This document shows, in pieces, positions 17,647 to 26,661 of a stretch of DNA of 33,240 bases; within the stretch, counting starts at the first letter, position 1; the number at the start of each line of letters is the position of its first letter. This stretch comes from a virus (lineage: Duplodnaviria > Heunggongvirae > Uroviricota > Caudoviricetes), in IMG/VR virus record IMGVR_UViG_2551306674_000008; one strand, given 5' to 3'. The notes below the pieces were generated by a model. The model was not told where the DNA came from and made no database searches. It saw nothing but the letters and a program-made list of their open reading frames with translations. The position numbers were made by a program, and so were the translations under genes.

Positions 17647-18076
17647 TGCCGTCACGGTGCTGAAAACTAACCCCGATATGCTGCGGATATTCGTGGATAA
17701 CGGGAGTATTGCCTCCACGCTGGCGACGTCGCTGTCGTTCGAAAAGCGTTACACGCTCAATGTGATTGTGACCGACTTTACCGGTGATTTTGACCTGCTC
17801 ATCGTGCCGGTGCTGGCGTGGCTGCGGGAAAATCAGCCCGACATCATGACCACCGACGAAGGCCAGAAAAAGGGCTTCACGTTTTATGCAGACATCAACA
17901 ATGACAGCAGCTTTGATATCAGCATCAGCCTGATGCTGACCGAGCGCACGCTGGTCAGTGAGGTGGACGGCGCACTGCATGTGAAGAACATCCCGGAGCC
18001 TCCGCCGCCGGAGCCGGTCACCCGCCCGATGGAGCTGTATATCAATGGCGAACTGGTGAGCAAGTGGGATGAATGA
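17609..18076 (+). CDS. R: tail completion protein R (155 aa)
   Basis: ATG at 17609 with AGGA RBS gives 155 aa, the P2 gpR length (track ORF starts at 17600). Confidence 0.85.
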   Translation: MLKPDSLRRALTDAVTVLKTNPDMLRIFVDNGSIASTLATSLSFEKRYTLNVIVTDFTGDFDLLIVPVLAWLRENQPDIMTTDEGQKKGFTFYADINNDSSFDISISLMLTERTLVSEVDGALHVKNIPEPPPPEPVTRPMELYINGELVSKWDE

Positions 18077-18521
18077 GTTTAAGCGTTTTGAAGACCGGCT
18101 GGCGGGACTTATTGAATCGCTGTCACCGTCAGGGCGTCGGCGGCTGAGTGCAGAGCTGGCGAAGCGTCTGCGGCAGAGTCAGCAGCGTCGGGTGATGGCA
18201 CAGAAAGCCCCGGACGGCACACCCTACGCGCCACGCCAGCAGCAGAGCGCCAGAAAAAAGACCGGTCGTGTTAAGCGAAAAATGTTTGCGAAACTTATCA
18301 CCAGTCGTTTTTTGCATATCCGCGCCAGCCCTGAACAGGCATCAATGGAGTTTTACGGCGGGAAGTCACCGAAAATAGCCAGTGTGCATCAGTTCGGTCT
18401 GTCGGAAGAAACCCGGAAAGACGGTAAGAAAATTGATTATCCGGCGCGTCCTCTGCTCGGCTTTACCGGTGAGGATGTGCAGATGATTGAAGAGATTATC
18501 CTGGCTCACCTCGACCGTTAG
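18069..18521 (+). CDS. S: tail completion protein S (150 aa)
   Basis: 150 aa as in P2 gpS; overlaps the R stop. Confidence 0.85.
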   Translation: MNEFKRFEDRLAGLIESLSPSGRRRLSAELAKRLRQSQQRRVMAQKAPDGTPYAPRQQQSARKKTGRVKRKMFAKLITSRFLHIRASPEQASMEFYGGKSPKIASVHQFGLSEETRKDGKKIDYPARPLLGFTGEDVQMIEEIILAHLDR

Positions 18522-18587
18522 TTGTGCCATTCCCGACACCTCATCGTCACATTGCCGCCGGTATGACCCGGCGGCATCCTTCCCGTT

Positions 18588-19223
18588 ATGAACACTCTCG
18601 CAAATATCCAGGAACTCGCGCGCGCACTGCGCAACATGATTCGCACCGGCCTTGTCGTCGAAACCAACCTTAAAGCCGGTCGCTGCCGTGTGCAGACCGG
18701 CGGCATGTGCACCGACTGGCTTCAGTGGCTGACCCATCGTGCCGGGCGTTCGCGCACATGGTGGGCACCTTCCGTGGGGGAGCAGGTGCTGATTCTGGCC
18801 GTGGGCGGTGAACTTGACACGGCGTTTGTTCTGCCGGGGATTTATTCCAGCGATAACCCCGCGCCGTCTGCGTCGGCGGATGCCCTGCATATCCGTTTCC
18901 CTGACGGGGCGGTGATTGAGTATGAACCCGAAACCAGTGCACTCACGGTAAGCGGAATTAAAACGGCCAGCGTGACGGCTTCTGATTCTGTTACTGCCAC
19001 GGTACCGGTGGTCACGGTGAAAGCGTCAACCCGTGTCACCCTGGACACACCGGAAGTGGTCTGCACTAACAAACTGACTACCGGCACGCTGGAAGTACAG
19101 AAGGGCGGGACGATGCGCGGCAACATTGAACACACCGGCGGTGAACTCTCATCAAACGGTAAGGTACTGCATACCCACAAACACCCCGGCGACAGCGGCG
19201 GCACAACCGGGAGTCCTTTATGA
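18588..19223 (+). CDS. V: baseplate central spike protein V (211 aa)
   Basis: 211 aa as in P2 gpV; first gene of the baseplate block. Confidence 0.85.
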   Translation: MNTLANIQELARALRNMIRTGLVVETNLKAGRCRVQTGGMCTDWLQWLTHRAGRSRTWWAPSVGEQVLILAVGGELDTAFVLPGIYSSDNPAPSASADALHIRFPDGAVIEYEPETSALTVSGIKTASVTASDSVTATVPVVTVKASTRVTLDTPEVVCTNKLTTGTLEVQKGGTMRGNIEHTGGELSSNGKVLHTHKHPGDSGGTTGSPL

Positions 19224-19567
19224 CAGCGCGTTATCTCGGAATGAATCGCAGTGATGGCCTGACTGTCACTGACCTTGAGCATATCAGCCAGAGTATCGGC
19301 GATATCCTGCGTACCCCCGTCGGCTCACGGGTGATGCGTCGTGATTACGGCTCGTTGCTGGCGTCAATGATTGACCAGCCGCAGACCCCGGCGCTTGAGT
19401 TGCAGATTAAGGTCGCCTGTTACATGGCGGTGCTGAAATGGGAACCCCGCGTCACCCTGTCATCCGTCACCACTGAGCGCAGTTTTGACGGGCGAATGAC
19501 GGTCACGTTAACCGGCCAGCACAACGACACCGGCCAGCCACTTTCGTTAACCATCCCTGTGAGTTGA
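19220..19567 (+). CDS. W: baseplate wedge protein W (gp25-like, 115 aa)
   Basis: 115 aa as in P2 gpW; ATGA overlap with V. Confidence 0.85.
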   Translation: MTARYLGMNRSDGLTVTDLEHISQSIGDILRTPVGSRVMRRDYGSLLASMIDQPQTPALELQIKVACYMAVLKWEPRVTLSSVTTERSFDGRMTVTLTGQHNDTGQPLSLTIPVS

Positions 19568-19571
19568 AACC

Positions 19572-20480
19572 ATGCCGATTATCGACCTGAACCAGCTACC
19601 CGCACCGGATGTGGTCGTGGAGCTGGACTTTGAAACCATTCTTGCTGAACGCAAGGCGACACTGATTTCCCTTTACCCGGAAGACCAGCAGGAGGCGGTC
19701 GCCCGTACCCTGACGCTGGAATCCGAGCCTATCGTCAAACTGCTGGAGGAAAACGCTTATCGTGAGCTTATCTGGCGTCAGCGTGTGAATGAGGCTGCAC
19801 GGGCGGTGATGCTGGCTTGTGCTGCCGGTAATGACCTTGATGTGATTGGTGCCAATTACAACACCACGCGCCTGACTATCACCCCGGCAGATGATTCGAC
19901 CATTCCGCCGACACCGGCAGTGATGGAATCTGACACCGATTATCGTCTGCGTATTCAGCAGGCTTTTGAGGGCTTAAGCGTCGCCGGGTCAGTGGGAGCC
20001 TATCAGTATCATGGTCGCAGTGCTGACGGGCGTGTCGCGGATATTTCTGTCACCAGTCCGTCTCCTGCCTGTGTCACCATCTCTGTGCTGTCACGTGAAA
20101 ATAACGGCGTCGCATCCGAAGACCTGCTGGCTGTGGTGCGTAACGCCCTTAATGGCGAGGACGTCAGGCCGGTGGCCGACCGCGTGACCGTGCAGTCTGC
20201 CGCCATCGTTGAATACCAGATAAACGCCACGCTTTACCTTTACCCTGGTCCCGAAAGCGAACCCATCCGCGCTGCCGCTGTGAAAAATCTGGAAGCGTAT
20301 ATCACGGCACAGCACCGGCTGGGGCGTGACATCCGTCTGTCTGCCATTTATGCCGCTTTGCATGTGGAAGGTGTGCAGCGTGTCGAACTGGCTGCACCAC
20401 TGGCCGACATCGTGCTCAACAGTACGCAGGCGTCTTTCTGTACCGAATACCGCGTCGTGACCGGAGGCTCGGATGAGTGA
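19572..20480 (+). CDS. J: baseplate protein J (302 aa)
   Basis: 302 aa as in P2 gpJ. Confidence 0.85.
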   Translation: MPIIDLNQLPAPDVVVELDFETILAERKATLISLYPEDQQEAVARTLTLESEPIVKLLEENAYRELIWRQRVNEAARAVMLACAAGNDLDVIGANYNTTRLTITPADDSTIPPTPAVMESDTDYRLRIQQAFEGLSVAGSVGAYQYHGRSADGRVADISVTSPSPACVTISVLSRENNGVASEDLLAVVRNALNGEDVRPVADRVTVQSAAIVEYQINATLYLYPGPESEPIRAAAVKNLEAYITAQHRLGRDIRLSAIYAALHVEGVQRVELAAPLADIVLNSTQASFCTEYRVVTGGSDE

Positions 20481-21003
20481 TTCGCGACTGCTGCCGACCG
20501 GCTCATCACCGCTTGAAGTTGCTGCCGCAAAAGCCTGTGCGGAAATTGAAAAAACGCCGGTCAGGATTCGTGAGCTGTGGAACCCGGACACCTGTCCGGC
20601 AAATCTACTGCCGTGGCTGGCGTGGGCGTTTTCGGTCGACAGGTGGGATGAAAAGTGGCCGGAAGCGACAAAACGCGCCGTTATTCGCGATGCCTATTTC
20701 ATCCACTGTCATAAAGGCACTATAGGTGCAATCCGGCGTGTGGTGGAGCCGCTGGGCTATCTCATCAACGTGACGGAGTGGTGGGAAACCAGTGACCCGC
20801 CAGGCACCTTCCGGCTTGATATTGGCGTACTGGAAAGCGGCATCACAGAGGCAATGTATCAGGAAATGGAACGGCTTATTGCTGATGCCAAACCTGCAAG
20901 CCGTCATCTTATTGGCCTGAACATTACCCGGGATATTCCCGGCTACCTGTTCGCCGGTGGTGTGGCTTACGACGGCGATGTAATTACGGTTTACCCCGGA
21001 TAA
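20473..21003 (+). CDS. I: baseplate protein I (176 aa)
   Basis: 176 aa as in P2 gpI; overlaps the J stop. Confidence 0.85.
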   Translation: MSDSRLLPTGSSPLEVAAAKACAEIEKTPVRIRELWNPDTCPANLLPWLAWAFSVDRWDEKWPEATKRAVIRDAYFIHCHKGTIGAIRRVVEPLGYLINVTEWWETSDPPGTFRLDIGVLESGITEAMYQEMERLIADAKPASRHLIGLNITRDIPGYLFAGGVAYDGDVITVYPG

Positions 21004-21013
21004 GTGAGGAATA

Positions 21014-23092
21014 ATGAGCACAAAATTCAGAACCGTTATCACCACTGCCGGTGCAGCAAAGCTGGCAGCGGCAACCGCACCGGGAGGGCGGAAGGTCAAC
21101 ATTACCACGATGGCCGTCGGGGATGGCGGTGGTAAATTGCCTGTCCCGGATGCCGGACAGACCGGGCTTATCCACGAAGTCTGGCGACATGCGCTGAACA
21201 AAATCAGCCAGGACAAACGAAACAGTAATTATATTATCGCAGAGCTGGTTATTCCGCCGGAGGTGGGCGGTTTCTGGATGCGTGAACTTGGCCTGTACGA
21301 TGATGCGGGAACGCTAATTGCCGTGGCGAACATGGCCGAAAGTTATAAGCCAGCCCTTGCCGAAGGCTCAGGGCGTTCGCAGACCTGCCGCATGGTCATC
21401 ATCGTCAGCAGTGTGGCCTCAGTGGAGCTGACCATTGACACCACAACGGTGATGGCAACGCAGGATTACGTTGATGACAAAATTGCAGAACATGAACAGT
21501 CACGACGTCACCCTGACGCCTCGCTGACCGCCAAAGGTTTTACTCAGTTAAGCAGTGCGACCAACAGCACGTCTGAAACGTTCGCCGCAACACCAAAAGC
21601 GGTAAAGGCCGCGTATGACCTTGCTAACGGGAAATATACCGCACAGGACGCCACCACAGCGCGAAAAGGCCTTGTCCAGCTCAGTAGTGCCACCAACAGC
21701 ACGTCTGAAACGCTCGCCGCAACACCAAAAGCGGTAAAAGCAGCATATGACCTTGCTAACGGGAAATACACTGCACAGGATGCCACCACAGCACGAAAAG
21801 GCCTTGTTCAGCTGAGTAGCGCCATCAACAGCGATTCTGAAACGCTGGCTGCAACACCAAAAGCGGTGAAGTCTGCCTATGACAATGCTGAAAAACGTCT
21901 TCAGAAAGATCAGAACGGTGCGGATATTCCGGGAAAGGATACTTTCACGAAAAATATCGGTGCCTGTCGTGCTTATAGCGGTGCTTTGAGCACTGAAGCC
22001 GGAAACTGGACAACCGCTCAGTTTATTGACTGGCTAGAGTCTCAGGGAGCCTTTAATCATCCCTACTGGATGTGCAAGTGTTCCTGGTCATACGGTAATA
22101 ACAAAATTATTACCGATACTGACTGTGGGACTATTCATCTTGCAGGTTGCGTGATTGAGGTTATGGGCGTTAAAGCTGCAATGACCATTCGTGTGACCAC
22201 TCCGAGTACATCAAGCGGTGGTGGTACCACCAGTGCGCAATTCACGTATATCAATCACGGAGCTGATTATGCGCCGGGCTGGCGACGCGACTACAATACG
22301 AAAAATAAGCAACCGGCTTTTGCATTAGGGAAAACAGGAAATACGGTTGCAAATAATAAAGCGGTAGGATGGAACTGGGATAGTGGTGCTTATTGTGCAC
22401 AGGATGGCGGAGCATCAAAAATGGTGCTGCATTTTTACACGGGTGAGGGAAGTTGTCCGGCAATGCAGTTTCTTGTGGATTATAAAAACAGGGGGATTTT
22501 TTACAGGTCGGCACGTGATGGGTATGGATTTGAGGCTGACTGGTCTGAGTTTTATACAACATCACGAAAGCCAACACCTGCGGATATTCTTGCTCTGGCA
22601 TTATCAGGCGGAAGCATGTCAGGCAGCATAAAATTTATCAATGATGCCTTCCTGATTTGGGAAAGAAACACTGACTGGGCGAAAATTGGATTTAAAAATG
22701 ATTCAGATGCTGATTCTGACTCATACATGTGGTTTGAAACTGGTGATAATGGCAATGAATATTTTAAATGGCGCATCAGGTCTGGCAGCACAACAAAAGA
22801 CCTGATGACGCTTAAGTCTGATGCACTACGGGTTACCGGGCAGGTGATACCATCAAATTTCAGCAATTTTGACTCCCGCTATGTCCGGGATATCCGGCTT
22901 GGTGGTGCCGCCACATACAAACCTGCGAACAATGGCATGACATGGACACATCAGGCACCGTCCGGGTGTGTATATACCGGCATTATTGTTCAGGATACCG
23001 GCTCAAACTCTGCCGATAACATTGGTGGCGTATATTACAGACCGGTTCAGAAATACATTAACGGGACGTGGTACAACGTGGCGCAGGTATAA
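21014..23092 (+). CDS. H: tail fiber protein H (692 aa) with internal tandem repeats and a divergent C-terminal receptor-binding region
   Basis: Conserved P2 H-like N-terminus and extreme C-terminus (PIQKYINGTWYNVAQV-like end); middle and distal part unlike what I recall of P2 H; 23 aa longer than P2 H. Confidence 0.85.
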   Translation: MSTKFRTVITTAGAAKLAAATAPGGRKVNITTMAVGDGGGKLPVPDAGQTGLIHEVWRHALNKISQDKRNSNYIIAELVIPPEVGGFWMRELGLYDDAGTLIAVANMAESYKPALAEGSGRSQTCRMVIIVSSVASVELTIDTTTVMATQDYVDDKIAEHEQSRRHPDASLTAKGFTQLSSATNSTSETFAATPKAVKAAYDLANGKYTAQDATTARKGLVQLSSATNSTSETLAATPKAVKAAYDLANGKYTAQDATTARKGLVQLSSAINSDSETLAATPKAVKSAYDNAEKRLQKDQNGADIPGKDTFTKNIGACRAYSGALSTEAGNWTTAQFIDWLESQGAFNHPYWMCKCSWSYGNNKIITDTDCGTIHLAGCVIEVMGVKAAMTIRVTTPSTSSGGGTTSAQFTYINHGADYAPGWRRDYNTKNKQPAFALGKTGNTVANNKAVGWNWDSGAYCAQDGGASKMVLHFYTGEGSCPAMQFLVDYKNRGIFYRSARDGYGFEADWSEFYTTSRKPTPADILALALSGGSMSGSIKFINDAFLIWERNTDWAKIGFKNDSDADSDSYMWFETGDNGNEYFKWRIRSGSTTKDLMTLKSDALRVTGQVIPSNFSNFDSRYVRDIRLGGAATYKPANNGMTWTHQAPSGCVYTGIIVQDTGSNSADNIGGVYYRPVQKYINGTWYNVAQV
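21536..21890 (+). repeat. about 2.7 tandem copies of a 132-bp (44-aa) repeat inside H
   Basis: Unit LSSATNSTSET(F/L)AATPKAVKAAYDLANGKYTAQDATTARKGLVQ repeated at about 21536, 21668 and 21800; nucleotide identity between copies is very high. Confidence 0.85.
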
Positions 23093-23095
23093 TTT

Positions 23096-23623
23096 ATGCA
23101 GCATTTGATAAATATAACGGCAGGTAATCCAAAAACGGTTGAACAATATCAATTGACAAAGGACTTTGATGTTGTCTGGTTTTTTTCAGAAGATGGTAAG
23201 AACTGGTACGAAGAACAAAAGTATTTTGCTGATGACACGATAAAAATAGCGTACGACAAAGATAATATTATCCGCTATGTGGAAAAGGATGTGACAGCTA
23301 TCAGACCAGATGGATTAAGTGTTGTTGAAGTGCCGGATATTACTGCTAATCGACGGGCGGACATTTCAGGGAACTGGATGTTTAAGGATGGCACAGTGAT
23401 CAAACGAATTTATACGGCAGAGGAATTGCAACAGCAGGCAGAAAACAGGAAAGCCAGACTTCTTGCAGATGCTGAATCCGTGATTTTGCCGCTAGAGCGT
23501 GCTGTCAGGCTGAATATGGCAACAGATGAGGAGCGTAGCCGACTGGAAAGATGGGAGCGCTACAGCGTTCTGGTCAGTCGTGTGGATCCTGCAAATCCTG
23601 AATGGCCGGAAATGCCGCAATAA
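23096..23623 (+). CDS. G: tail fiber assembly chaperone G (175 aa)
   Basis: 175 aa as in P2 gpG; immediately downstream of H. Confidence 0.8.
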   Translation: MQHLINITAGNPKTVEQYQLTKDFDVVWFFSEDGKNWYEEQKYFADDTIKIAYDKDNIIRYVEKDVTAIRPDGLSVVEVPDITANRRADISGNWMFKDGTVIKRIYTAEELQQQAENRKARLLADAESVILPLERAVRLNMATDEERSRLERWERYSVLVSRVDPANPEWPEMPQ

Positions 23624-23862
23624 CTTGTATGAACTCTAGTGGGAGCTTACATATCTATGGCACAGAGTAAAGCCTAATCTGACAGTCCGCTCTGTGCCAG
23701 AAGCGGACATTGCGGCGTTACGGCACGTTAGGTCAGATATTTAAATGCACATGGTCCGCTTGTGGCGGAAGGATACTTACAAGAGTTGGTGAGAGATAGT
23801 AAAATCAATATGAAAATTAAAATTCGGCAATAATTCCTGATATAGTCATCTTAATGAACATA

Positions 23863-23887
23863 AAAACTATCACAATAGGATAGTTTT
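23863..23887. terminator. AT-rich hairpin at the 3' end of the minus-strand cargo operon
   Basis: Perfect 9-bp stem AAAACTATC / GATAGTTTT with a 7-nt loop, just downstream of the stop at 23905; flanked by T-rich sequence on both strands. Confidence 0.3.
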
Positions 23888-23904
23888 TATGTCATACTTG
23901 TTAG

Positions 23905-24600
23905 TTAATCACTTAAGGAATGAAGTGAGGCTCGTTGTGCAGAGGTTAAGCTAAGGAGGATTTTTTCTCGATACTCAGGTGCAAAGGAAAAGAAAACATC
24001 AGGAAAAATTCTTATGATAGTTGATATCATAGTCTTAACCACCTTATCAATCACCTTCGAAATATTATCTATTTTAACCAAGTCTATTTCGGGAAAAACA
24101 TTTAAAGCTTTTATGTGAGCCATTTCTTTTACAGTAGCTGTATGTACGTGACTGCATAACGAAGAGTATTCAGCTTTTAAAGTTTCATGTAGTAGAGGAT
24201 TTTTTTTGAAGACAGGATGTTCCCCAGTTTGTTCAATTACCTTAAACAATGATTTTTCTTCAAGTATTGAAGGATCTAGTAAGCAACCTATTGATTTTAA
24301 AGAATTTTCAATATAACTTCGCATCATTAGATTTGCTGGTTTGTATGCACCATTTATAACCATAAACATAGCTGTACCAAGGTCAGATGAAGCTTCTTGC
24401 AATCGCTCCAATGAGTTGGCGTCTATTTTCTCCTTGGAGAAATGATACAAACAGTAAACAAGGCACATAAAAGAATAATATCTCTTATGTATCATGCTTA
24501 TTTTCCCTCTTGAGTTAATATTCTCGAAAACATTTTTTAATTTATATTCAGAGAAATAAGTAACTAACTCAGTGAAATCGCTGTTTACTTCTCTCGACAT
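23905..24600 (-). CDS. hypothetical protein (231 aa), third gene of the ParA-like operon; function unknown
   Basis: Long ORF in a strongly AT-rich island; 2-bp gap to the upstream gene; no motif recognisable by eye. Confidence 0.65.
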   Translation of the reverse strand: MSREVNSDFTELVTYFSEYKLKNVFENINSRGKISMIHKRYYSFMCLVYCLYHFSKEKIDANSLERLQEASSDLGTAMFMVINGAYKPANLMMRSYIENSLKSIGCLLDPSILEEKSLFKVIEQTGEHPVFKKNPLLHETLKAEYSSLCSHVHTATVKEMAHIKALNVFPEIDLVKIDNISKVIDKVVKTMISTIIRIFPDVFFSFAPEYREKILLSLTSAQRASLHSLSD

Positions 24601-24602
24601 TG

Positions 24603-25109
24603 TTAGTCCTTATTGAATATATCTTTTATAACTTCATTCCAGTCATATATCTCATTTTGAGCGCTAGAAAGGTTCTTCCTCTCTTTTATTCTACTCAAAA
24701 CTTGAGGGTTATTTGACATTGAATTGATAATATTATAAGCCTTACCTAAATCGGATGAGTTTTTCTCGTGAACGTCACACACGATTATGCCGATCATTTC
24801 CTCTCTAGATCTTTTTTCAGGCCTGCTGATTTCGATACCTAACATGCGTGCAAAATCATCTATATCTTTATTTTTTTGGAAGAGATCTTTGTCTAATAAA
24901 ATCCTCGGAAGATACCCAACAAGGAAACCTTTAATATCATTTTTTTTGGACTTTGAATTTCTTTCGTTAACTTCTAAATTATCAGTATAACTATCTTGAA
25001 GTAATTCAATAAAGTTGATTCTTGATAATTTTTTTGAAATAAAGGAAAACTCCTCTAAAAAGTTTAACAGTTGCTTAATTTCTTTTGAGTTATTTTTTTT
25101 GTCAGTCAT
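24603..25109 (-). CDS. hypothetical protein (168 aa), second gene of the ParA-like operon; lysine-rich, function unknown
   Basis: ORF overlapping the upstream ATPase gene by 4 bp (translational coupling); AT-rich; no recognisable motif. Confidence 0.65.
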   Translation of the reverse strand: MTDKKNNSKEIKQLLNFLEEFSFISKKLSRINFIELLQDSYTDNLEVNERNSKSKKNDIKGFLVGYLPRILLDKDLFQKNKDIDDFARMLGIEISRPEKRSREEMIGIIVCDVHEKNSSDLGKAYNIINSMSNNPQVLSRIKERKNLSSAQNEIYDWNEVIKDIFNKD

Positions 25110-25936
25110 AAGTCACCTACTCTAGAGAGAAGTTCGTCAGTAATTTTAGACAGCGAAAACTTCATATCCTCATCCGTTAAATTGTTAATAAATAAGCCTC
25201 TTGTTTGATTTCTTGCCAACTCAGTACGTTTGCTCAAATATGATTTAAAGATCTTATTACGCCAACGTTTTTGATTATTGAAGTAACGAAGACTTTCCTC
25301 ATATAAATTACTATTACCTTCAACCATATTAAAAACTATGCCCGCACATTCAATCTTAAGATCGAAATTTTCTCTCTTCTCATTTATAATGCTATCTAAT
25401 AGATCGATACCAGTGATCGAAAGAGGATCGGGTTTGGCTGGAATGAGGTAATAATCAGATGCAATTAATGCGCTGGACATCCAAACTGATGGGGTTGGTG
25501 GGGTATCAATTATGACATAATCATAGTCATTTTCATGGATTTTAAGAAAGCGTCTAAGCTTGTTTTCTATCCCTTCTCCTGGTTTCATTTCAATTTTATA
25601 TAGCCCAAGGCTTCCGGGAACAATGTGAAAATTATCATTTAATTGAATTGGTGTTATATCGGCTAATTCTTTAGGTGTGTTAACTAAAGGACCAGTCATT
25701 GTAGATAGTCGAATTTTTGAACTATAAAAAATATCACATATGCTATCGCCTCCGCTTTTCATATGTGCAACATATTTGCTTGTATCCATTACACATTGCG
25801 TTGCGTTAAATTGTGGGTCGATATCTATTAATAATATTTTTTGCCCAAGTTTATCTGAAAGATGATTAGCAATATTGGTAGCCAATGTTGACTTACCAAC
25901 GCCACCTTTCATATTGATTAAGCTAATAACTTTCAA
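25106..25936 (-). CDS. ParA/MinD/Soj-family P-loop ATPase (276 aa)
   Basis: Deviant Walker A MKGGVGKST near the N-terminus; LLIDIDPQ and VIIDTPP motifs typical of ParA/Soj; TTG start with AGGAG 8 nt upstream; AT-rich. Confidence 0.85.
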   Translation of the reverse strand: MKVISLINMKGGVGKSTLATNIANHLSDKLGQKILLIDIDPQFNATQCVMDTSKYVAHMKSGGDSICDIFYSSKIRLSTMTGPLVNTPKELADITPIQLNDNFHIVPGSLGLYKIEMKPGEGIENKLRRFLKIHENDYDYVIIDTPPTPSVWMSSALIASDYYLIPAKPDPLSITGIDLLDSIINEKRENFDLKIECAGIVFNMVEGNSNLYEESLRYFNNQKRWRNKIFKSYLSKRTELARNQTRGLFINNLTDEDMKFSLSKITDELLSRVGDL

Positions 25937-26176
25937 TCTTCTTGCTCCTGTTTTGATTAACGCTAAGCTTTTTCATCAGCATTGAAATTTAACATGTGTT
26001 TTACAAACTTATGTCTTATCACTACCTTATCATTTTTTACATACACCATAAATATTTTTAACTAAAAATTTTTGGTTTTCAACCTGAAATCTTTATCTTT
26101 AAAAACAAAACATTACAATATTTTTAGTAAGATGCCTTACCTAATGTAATGTGAATGGCTCAATTTTGATTAACAC
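25937..26176 (-). promoter_or_regulatory. AT-rich promoter/operator region of the ParA-like operon
   Basis: Imperfect direct repeats TTTTGATTAAC(G/A)C-TAAGCT at about 25951-25969 and 26164-26183; nested palindrome CATTACA...GTAAG-ATGC-CTTAC...TGTAATG at about 26111-26151; A5T5 palindrome near 26074. Confidence 0.45.
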
Positions 26177-26443
26177 TTAAGCTATGTTAATAATGGTTTT
26201 GTAAGTGTGATGAGGGTTCCATATGAAGAAGTGATTTCCCGAACAATACAACATGAATATCATCCTCGTAGTCGGTGTTTCTTCACATGAACTCTGTCGC
26301 AAATACGCTATATGAAACGTGGCAAGATGAATGTACCTGAGGTTATCAATCTTAAACCGCTTGAGAGTACGCCCTGATCCTGCCCGTTGATAAACTAACT
26401 GCATTGTTTGTAATGCTTCATCGGTGGTGAGAACAAGTTTCAT
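26177..26443 (-). CDS. hypothetical small protein (88 aa); possibly a remnant or the first gene of the cargo
   Basis: ORF on the same strand upstream of the ParA-like operon; moderately AT-rich; poor SD spacing before the ATG; the 3' end runs into the upstream repeat copy. Confidence 0.25.
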   Translation of the reverse strand: MKLVLTTDEALQTMQLVYQRAGSGRTLKRFKIDNLRYIHLATFHIAYLRQSSCEETPTTRMIFMLYCSGNHFFIWNPHHTYKTIINIA

Positions 26444-26538
26444 ACTTCCGCTTCTCGCTCAAAGCAGACTGTCAGATTTGATAGCGTTTTGGCTATGTAA
26501 GTTGCCAGTTGGGAAATGAGTGAGTACAAATCAGGACA

Positions 26539-26567
26539 GGCGGGCGAATTGCCCGCCTTTTCTTTAT
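26539..26567 (+). terminator. rho-independent terminator upstream of FI
   Basis: GGCGGGC-GAATT-GCCCGCC hairpin followed by TTTTCTTTAT on the plus strand. Confidence 0.6.
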
Positions 26568-26661
26568 CTGTTGTTTCATCCACTGACCAGCCAGGTCAAA
26601 TAGCGTCTCATGCACTGCCCAACAGAAAATAGTTGCACCCATTAACCACGGAGTTAAACGG

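Noticed and set aside
21544-21789. 81-aa minus-strand ORF inside H
   Set aside because: It is internally repetitive because it is antisense to the 132-bp tandem repeats of the tail fiber gene.
25106-25936. ParA-like ATPase as a host MinD/ParA or as part of an integrated plasmid
   Set aside because: It sits inside the prophage between tail genes G and FI, in AT-rich DNA; no replication initiator, relaxase or other plasmid genes are nearby.
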